Shown in pieces: positions 58,336-64,000 of a stretch of DNA of 64,000 nucleotides. The DNA lies in assembly GCA_902515565.1 (NCBI GenBank), contig CABXVR010000005.1:7745-71744 (forward strand). Direction: 5' to 3'. A program made the position numbers and the translations under genes. The notes below the pieces were generated by a model. It did not search any database, had not been told where the DNA came from, and worked only from the letters and a program-made list of their open reading frames with translations. Numbering within the stretch: the stretch's first letter is position 1; the number at the start of each line of letters is the position of its first letter. This stretch comes from an uncultured Bacteroidota bacterium. GTDB lineage: Bacteria; Bacteroidota; Bacteroidia; Flavobacteriales; Flavobacteriaceae.

Positions 58336-58695
58336 ATGAAAATATATAAAATATTAATACTCTTTTTGCTTATCACATTTAGTTGTGATTCTAAACAAAA
58401 TAAAGTAGTTACAAATGAAGTTGTTGAAACAAAAAATGACGATTTGATTATATTATCAGGAGATTATGTTTTTTACAATAATGCAGCAGTATTACAAACT
58501 AACAAGAATGTATATGGAATTATTATTAATGAAAAGGTTAATGAATTAAATGAAAAATTGTCTTCAATCAAAAAAGATGAATTTGATTTCATCCCAGTTA
58601 TTCTAAAGGGAAGATTGAAAAATAAAGATAAAAATGATGAGGGATGGTCAGTGAAATTAGAAATTACAGAAATAGTTGAAATTATTAATAAATAA
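58336..58695 (+). CDS. Small lipoprotein of unknown function inserted between sufB and sufC
   Basis: Lipobox (LITFSCDSK). Length is 119 aa. I recognise no motif. Confidence 0.5.
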   Translation: MKIYKILILFLLITFSCDSKQNKVVTNEVVETKNDDLIILSGDYVFYNNAAVLQTNKNVYGIIINEKVNELNEKLSSIKKDEFDFIPVILKGRLKNKDKNDEGWSVKLEITEIVEIINK

Positions 58696-58704
58696 AAATA
58701 AGTT

Positions 58705-59457
58705 ATGTTAAGTATTAAGAATTTACATGCTAAAGTTGAAGATAAAAATATTTTAAATGGCATCAATCTAGAGGTTAAAGCGGGAGAAGTGCATGCTATA
58801 ATGGGTCCTAATGGATCTGGGAAAAGCACTCTAGCATCTATTATTGCCGGAAAAGAAGAATATGAAATTACAAATGGAGATATTAATTTGAATGGAGAAT
58901 CTATTGAGGACTTATCCGCAGAAGAAAGAGCTCACAAAGGTATTTTTCTTTCATTCCAATATCCAGTTGAAATTCCTGGAGTTTCTGTAACTAACTTCAT
59001 TAAGACAGCGATTAACGAAACAAGAAAAGCAAAAGGACAAGAAGAAATGCCTGCCAAAGAAATGCTTAAACTTTTAAAAGATAAATCTAATCTTTTAGAA
59101 ATTGATAGAAAGTTTTTATCTAGATCTATTAATGACGGATTTTCTGGGGGAGAGAAAAAGAGAAATGAAATTTTTCAAATGGCAATGTTAGAACCTAGTG
59201 TAGCAATTTTAGATGAAACTGATTCTGGATTAGATATTGATGCCTTAAGAATTGTAGCCAACGGAGTTAATAAATTAAAAAGTTCTAAAAATGCAGTAAT
59301 CCTAATAACACATTACCAAAGATTATTAGATTATATAGTTCCAGATCATGTACATGTTTTATATAATGGGAAAATTGTCAAATCAGGCAATAAAGATTTA
59401 GCATTAGAGTTAGAAGCAAAAGGGTATGATTGGATTAAAGAAGAAGTAAAAAACTAA
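58705..59457 (+). CDS. sufC: Fe-S cluster assembly ATPase SufC
   Basis: Walker A GPNGSGKST, ABC signature FSGGEKKR and Walker B ILDETDSGLD. Confidence 0.96.
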   Translation: MLSIKNLHAKVEDKNILNGINLEVKAGEVHAIMGPNGSGKSTLASIIAGKEEYEITNGDINLNGESIEDLSAEERAHKGIFLSFQYPVEIPGVSVTNFIKTAINETRKAKGQEEMPAKEMLKLLKDKSNLLEIDRKFLSRSINDGFSGGEKKRNEIFQMAMLEPSVAILDETDSGLDIDALRIVANGVNKLKSSKNAVILITHYQRLLDYIVPDHVHVLYNGKIVKSGNKDLALELEAKGYDWIKEEVKN

Positions 59458-59461
59458 ATAA

Positions 59462-60775
59462 ATGGATTTAAAAGAAAAACTAGTTTCCTCCTTCATAGCT
59501 TTTGAAAATCAAGTCGATATAGACAGTTATGTCCATGACATCAGAACAGAGGCTATTAAAAATTTTGAAAGTATAGGCTTTCCAACAAAAAAAAATGAAT
59601 CCTGGAAATATACTTCTTTAAAGCAAGTTTTAGATACTGATTATAGCATTTTTCCAAGTAAAAACACAGCTCTTGTTTATTCTAAAATTGAAAAATATTT
59701 GATTGATGATATAGATAGTTATAAAATTATTTTCGTTGATGGCATATATAGCTCTCACTTATCAGAAACTACTCATGAAGGAATGGATATTTGTTTAATG
59801 TCTTCAGTTTTGAATAAACCTAAATATGCTCCAATTATAGAAAATTATTTTAATAAAGCATTAAAAAAAGATGGTATTAGCGATTTAAATACTGCATTCT
59901 CTAAAGAAGGAGCGTTTATTCACATTCCTAAAAATAAACTTGTTGAAAAGCCAATTCAAATTATTCATTTTAATAGTGGCAATGAAAGTTCTTTAATGCT
60001 GCAACCTAGAAATCTAATAATTGTTGACGAAAACTCTCAACTACAAATTATTGAAAGACATCAAAATCTGGGCAAAAATGAAGTTTTAACAAATTCAGTA
60101 ACTGAGATATTTGTAAACCCAAAATCTATAGTAGATTACTATAAAATTCAAAACGATAATAAGCAAGCTTCGATAATAGATACTACATCAATTGTTCAAG
60201 AAAATAATAGCGTATGTACTTTACATACATTTTCATTTGGCGGAAAACTTACAAGAAACAATCTTACTTTTTCTCAAAAAGGAGAGCATATCGAATCCAT
60301 AATGAAGGGGATTACAATTATTGAAGAAAAACAACATGTAGATCACAATACGCTGGTTCATCACATAAAACCAAATTGCGAAAGTCATCAAGACTACAAA
60401 GGTATTTTTGACGATAGCTCTACAGGAGTGTTTAATGGTACAGTTGTTGTGGAAAAAGAGGCTCAAAAAACAAATGCTTTTCAAGCCAATAATAATGTGT
60501 TGTTAAGTGATAAAGCCTCAATTAACACTAAACCTCAACTTGAGATTTTTGCCGATGATGTAAAATGTTCTCATGGGTGTACCATTGGTCAACTAGATAA
60601 AAATGCTCTTTTTTATCTAAAATCAAGAGGTATTCCTGAAAAAGAAGCTAAAGCTTTATTAATGTATGGTTTTGCAAACAATGTTATGCAAAGTGTAAAA
60701 ATTCCAGAATTAAAAAATAGAATTACTAATATAATTGCTGGAAAATTAGGTGTGAATATTGGGTTTAATTTATAA
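59462..60775 (+). CDS. sufD: Fe-S cluster assembly protein SufD
   Basis: 437 aa with a beta-helix core and a C-terminal pattern (KPQLEIFADDVKCSHGCTIGQLD) typical of SufD. Confidence 0.92.
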   Translation: MDLKEKLVSSFIAFENQVDIDSYVHDIRTEAIKNFESIGFPTKKNESWKYTSLKQVLDTDYSIFPSKNTALVYSKIEKYLIDDIDSYKIIFVDGIYSSHLSETTHEGMDICLMSSVLNKPKYAPIIENYFNKALKKDGISDLNTAFSKEGAFIHIPKNKLVEKPIQIIHFNSGNESSLMLQPRNLIIVDENSQLQIIERHQNLGKNEVLTNSVTEIFVNPKSIVDYYKIQNDNKQASIIDTTSIVQENNSVCTLHTFSFGGKLTRNNLTFSQKGEHIESIMKGITIIEEKQHVDHNTLVHHIKPNCESHQDYKGIFDDSSTGVFNGTVVVEKEAQKTNAFQANNNVLLSDKASINTKPQLEIFADDVKCSHGCTIGQLDKNALFYLKSRGIPEKEAKALLMYGFANNVMQSVKIPELKNRITNIIAGKLGVNIGFNL

Positions 60776-62005
60776 ATGAAAAAAAATATACATACAAATA
60801 TTGATCAAATAAGAAACGATTTTCCTATTCTTAAAAGAAAAGTAAATGGTCAAAATTTAATATATTTTGATAATGCTGCTACTTCTCAAACTCCACAAAT
60901 AGTAATTGATTCAATTGCTGATTATTATTCAAAATACAATTCAAATATTCATAGAGGAGTTCACTTTTTAAGTCAAGAGGCTACTGATGCTTATGAAAAA
61001 TCTAGAGTTAAATTTCAAAAACACTTCAATGCTGATAATTCATATGAAATAATATTTACATCTGGAACTACACACAGTATTAACATAGTTGCAAATGGAT
61101 TCAAAAAGATATTGAAAAAAAACGATGAAATTATCATTTCTCAATTAGAGCATCATAGTAACATAGTTCCTTGGCAAATGCTTTGTGAAGAAACTGGAGC
61201 AAAAATAAAAGTTATACCAATTGACAATAATGGTGAATTAATTATTGACAAATTCGAAAATCTCCTAAATTCAAAAACTAAATTAGTGTTTGTTAATCAT
61301 GTATCAAATGCACTTGGGATTGTAAATCCAATTAAGCATATAATTAAAAAAGCACATGAATTTAATGCAATTGTTTTAGTAGATGGCGCTCAAGCAACTC
61401 CACATATGAAAATTGATGTTGTTGATCTAGATGTGGACTTTTATGTTACCTCTACTCATAAAATATGTGGCCCTACTGGAGTTGGAATCCTTTACGGTAA
61501 GGAAAAGTGGTTAAATAAAATTCCTCCTTTTTTAGGAGGTGGAGAAATGATCGATCAAGTTACTTTTGAAAAATCAACATATGCTGGTCTTCCAAATAAA
61601 TTTGAAGCTGGGACTCCGAATATTAGTGGGGTAATTGCATCTGGAATTGGAATAGATTATTTAAATTCAATTGGACTCGAAGAGATTTACAAATACGAAA
61701 ATGAATTGCTTGAATATGCAACCAAAGAGCTTCTACTAATTAAAGATTTAAAGATTTACGGGTTTTCAACAAAAAAAACATCCGTAATATCTTTTAATGT
61801 TGGCAATATACATCCTTATGACATTGGCTCTATTCTAGATAAATTTGGAATAGCTACAAGAACTGGACAACTCTGTGCTCAACCAATAATGGATTATTTT
61901 AAAATCCCTGGCACTATAAGAGTTTCATTTAGTTTTTATAACACAAAAGAAGAGATTGATAAATTTATTAAAGCACTTCACAAAGCAATTTTAATGCTTT
62001 CTTAA
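60776..62005 (+). CDS. sufS: Cysteine desulfurase SufS (class V aminotransferase, group II)
   Basis: PLP-Lys motif STHKICGPTG, HHSNIVPWQ, and the active-site Cys region RTGQLCAQP. Confidence 0.93.
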   Translation: MKKNIHTNIDQIRNDFPILKRKVNGQNLIYFDNAATSQTPQIVIDSIADYYSKYNSNIHRGVHFLSQEATDAYEKSRVKFQKHFNADNSYEIIFTSGTTHSINIVANGFKKILKKNDEIIISQLEHHSNIVPWQMLCEETGAKIKVIPIDNNGELIIDKFENLLNSKTKLVFVNHVSNALGIVNPIKHIIKKAHEFNAIVLVDGAQATPHMKIDVVDLDVDFYVTSTHKICGPTGVGILYGKEKWLNKIPPFLGGGEMIDQVTFEKSTYAGLPNKFEAGTPNISGVIASGIGIDYLNSIGLEEIYKYENELLEYATKELLLIKDLKIYGFSTKKTSVISFNVGNIHPYDIGSILDKFGIATRTGQLCAQPIMDYFKIPGTIRVSFSFYNTKEEIDKFIKALHKAILMLS

Positions 62006-62081
62006 ATAAAAAATAGTACAATATTCAATACTTTAAATTGAATAATCTTTTTGTTATCGTATTTTTACTAAAATTATAAGC

Positions 62082-62510
62082 TTGAAAATAAAACAAATAC
62101 AAGACGAGATAATAGACGAATTTGCAATGTTTGATGATTGGATGCAGAGGTATGAATATATGATTGATTTAGGGAAATCCTTACCTTTAATTGATGAAAA
62201 ATTTAAAACAGATGAATATCTAGTAAATGGTTGTCAAAGTAAAGTATGGGTAAAAGCCGAACTTGTTAATAAACAAATAGTGTTCAAGGCAGATAGTGAT
62301 GCGATCATAAGTAAAGGGATTATTGCAATTTTAATCAGAGTATTTTCTCATCATGAACCTAATGAAATAATAGAAGCTAATACAGATTTTATAGATAAAA
62401 TCGGACTAAAAGATCATCTTTCGCCTAACAGAGCAAATGGTCTTTCAAGTATGATTAAACAATTAAAATTATACGCTTTAGCTTATCAAACAAAAATAAA
62501 TAATGAGTAA
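62082..62510 (+). CDS. sufE: Sulfur acceptor SufE
   Basis: TTG start. EIIDEF..F.DWMQRYEYMIDLG and the NGCQSKVW active-site Cys motif are present. Confidence 0.88.
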   Translation: MKIKQIQDEIIDEFAMFDDWMQRYEYMIDLGKSLPLIDEKFKTDEYLVNGCQSKVWVKAELVNKQIVFKADSDAIISKGIIAILIRVFSHHEPNEIIEANTDFIDKIGLKDHLSPNRANGLSSMIKQLKLYALAYQTKINNE

Positions 62511-62829
62511 AGAAAATTTTGATCCAAATATTTTAGGTGAAAAAATTGTTAAGGTTTTAAAAACAGTTTTTGACCCTGAAATTCCTGTTGATATATATGA
62601 GTTAGGTCTAATCTATGATGTAATGATAAATGAAGATAGAGATGTTAAAATTTTAATGACTTTAACCACTCCAAATTGTCCAGTAGCAGAATCATTACCG
62701 TTAGATGTTGAAAATAAAGTTAAATCAATGGAGGAAGTTAATGACGCTGAAGTTGAAATTACTTTTGATCCTCCCTGGTCTCAAGATTTAATGAGTGATG
62801 AGGCAAAACTAGAAATAGGAATTTTATAA
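62503..62829 (+). CDS. DUF59/MIP18-family Fe-S assembly protein (SufT-like)
   Basis: VFDPEIPVDIYELGLIY and TLTTPNCPVAE motifs. Length is 108 aa. Confidence 0.88.
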   Translation: MSKENFDPNILGEKIVKVLKTVFDPEIPVDIYELGLIYDVMINEDRDVKILMTLTTPNCPVAESLPLDVENKVKSMEEVNDAEVEITFDPPWSQDLMSDEAKLEIGIL

Positions 62830-62847
62830 ATACTCTACATAAAGTAA

Positions 62848-63351
62848 ATGTCAAAGGAAATTATAAATAGAGTTGCCAATAGTAAGATTATCACAATTGA
62901 CTTAGAAGATTACTATCCAAATGGTCAAAGACATTTATTAGATATTAAAAACTGGCTTTATAAAGGTTTGGTTTTAAGAGAAAAAGAGTTTAGGTCATTT
63001 ATTGAGAATTTTGAGTGGGCTAAATTTAATGATGGTTATGTTGCTGTTTTTTGTAGTAGTGGCGCTATAATTCCAACCTGGGCTTATTTGCTTATTGCTA
63101 CTAAATTAAAAGACAATTGCGTTATGAATATTGTTGGAGATTTAGATTACTTAGAAAAACAAATCTTTTCAGAAATTATAAAATCAATAGATTTTTCAAA
63201 CTTTAATGATAAGTCGATTGTTATAAAAGGGTGTTCAAAAAAAAATATTCCAATTGATGCCTACTCACAATTAATAAACAGATTAAAACCAATTGCTAAA
63301 AGAATTATGTTTGGCGAAGCTTGTTCAACTGTCCCATTATTTAAAAAGTAA
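62848..63351 (+). CDS. DUF2480-like protein (suf-linked, unknown function)
   Basis: 167 aa starting EIINRVANSKIITIDLEDYYP. Located at the end of the suf cluster, where I recall DUF2480 sitting in other Bacteroidota. Confidence 0.55.
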   Translation: MSKEIINRVANSKIITIDLEDYYPNGQRHLLDIKNWLYKGLVLREKEFRSFIENFEWAKFNDGYVAVFCSSGAIIPTWAYLLIATKLKDNCVMNIVGDLDYLEKQIFSEIIKSIDFSNFNDKSIVIKGCSKKNIPIDAYSQLINRLKPIAKRIMFGEACSTVPLFKK

Positions 63352-63352
63352 A

Positions 63353-64000
63353 TTAACAGTCTGGGTATAAGAACTTATTGTAAGGGAATCTTGTGATATG
63401 AATTTTTCTAACTTCAGAGTACAAACAATTTTTTAAATCATTTATATTTTCATTATTTAAAGCGGAAATAAATCTAACCTCATTATCACTATTACTCATC
63501 CAGGTATTTTTCCAATCGTCTAAGTTATAATTAGACTTATCTCTGACTGCAATCAGATCTTCCTCATCAAATTCTTCAAATGAGTAATTGTCAATTTTAT
63601 TAAAGACCATAATAGTTGGTTTATCAGAGCTTTTAATCTCTTCAAGAATCTTGTCAACTGATTCTACATGCTCCTCAAAATTTGAATGTGAAATATCAAC
63701 AACGTGAATCAATAAATCTGCTTCCCTCACTTCATCCAAAGTACTTTTAAAAGATTCTATTAACTGTGTTGGTAGTTTTCTTATAAAACCTACTGTGTCA
63801 CTCATTAAAAAAGGAAGGTTTTTAACAACAACTTTTCTTACAGTAGTATCTAAAGTGGCAAACAGCTTGTCTTCAGCGAACACTTTTGATTTACTTAAAA
63901 CGTTCATCAAGGTTGACTTCCCTACATTTGTATATCCAACTAAAGCAACTCTTATCATCTTGCCTCTGTTGCCTCTTTGGATATGCATTTGTTTGTCTAT
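63353..64000 (-). CDS. hflX: GTPase HflX, C-terminal part (N-terminus beyond window end)
   Basis: G1 motif VALVGYTNVGKSTL plus DTVGFIRKLP and NKID. The frame stays open upstream of the track's Met to position 64000. Confidence 0.88.
   Translation of the reverse strand: MDKQMHIQRGNRGKMIRVALVGYTNVGKSTLMNVLSKSKVFAEDKLFATLDTTVRKVVVKNLPFLMSDTVGFIRKLPTQLIESFKSTLDEVREADLLIHVVDISHSNFEEHVESVDKILEEIKSSDKPTIMVFNKIDNYSFEEFDEEDLIAVRDKSNYNLDDWKNTWMSNSDNEVRFISALNNENINDLKNCLYSEVRKIHITRFPYNKFLYPDC

Noticed and set aside
1-64000. Searched for rRNA, tRNA, CRISPR arrays, IS elements, transposases, intact integrases and toxin-antitoxin or restriction/defence-like gene clusters.
   Set aside because: The intergenic spaces are mostly under 180 nt and none shows tRNA-like cloverleaf arms or direct-repeat/spacer periodicity. 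No ORF has transposase, recombinase catalytic or nuclease/defence motifs. The only mobile-element trace is the arm-domain-like fragment at 52888..53199.

Overview
All calls come from reading the supplied translations and the DNA by eye; no database search was run. The window looks like a very AT-rich (roughly 30% GC by eye), tightly packed core-chromosome segment of a marine-type Flavobacteriia (Bacteroidota) genome. Lineage markers are gldD and gldE, a protein with a T9SS C-terminal sorting domain, TAnnTTTG -7 promoter boxes, no obvious Shine-Dalgarno sequences, and many 1-4 nt gene overlaps. About 65 CDS are mostly housekeeping:
- Translation and RNA: tyrS, leuS, glyQS, rplU-rpmA, truB, greA, RNase G, hflX.
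- Metabolism: pyrC, pckA, sdhCAB, thiL, and a full suf Fe-S cluster operon.
- DNA and envelope: ssb, mutY, xth, HU, uppP, ftsX.

I see no rRNA, tRNA, CRISPR array, intact mobile element or recognisable defence island, so this is not an obvious accessory region. The items most worth follow-up are:
1. A TPP (THI-box) riboswitch, preceded by a -7 promoter box, in front of a TonB-dependent receptor, next to a pnuC/nadR-like vitamin salvage pair.
2. An integrase arm-domain-like remnant of about 100 codons fused in frame to the N-terminus of SdhA, with no canonical start codon at the normal SdhA start.
3. A DUF3127-type OB-fold protein ending in the same DDLPF tip as the window's genuine SSB. It heads a compact operon with an AtoE-like transporter and two tandem PPK2 genes.
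4. A 29-codon hyperbasic ORF, absent from the ORF track, after the HU gene; it looks like a bS22/THX-type ribosomal mini-protein.
5. A ribosomal protein L21 with a Lys-rich, Rho_N/SAP-like C-terminal extension.
6. A large T9SS cargo protein of unknown function and a 1098-aa orphan outer-membrane-like protein.
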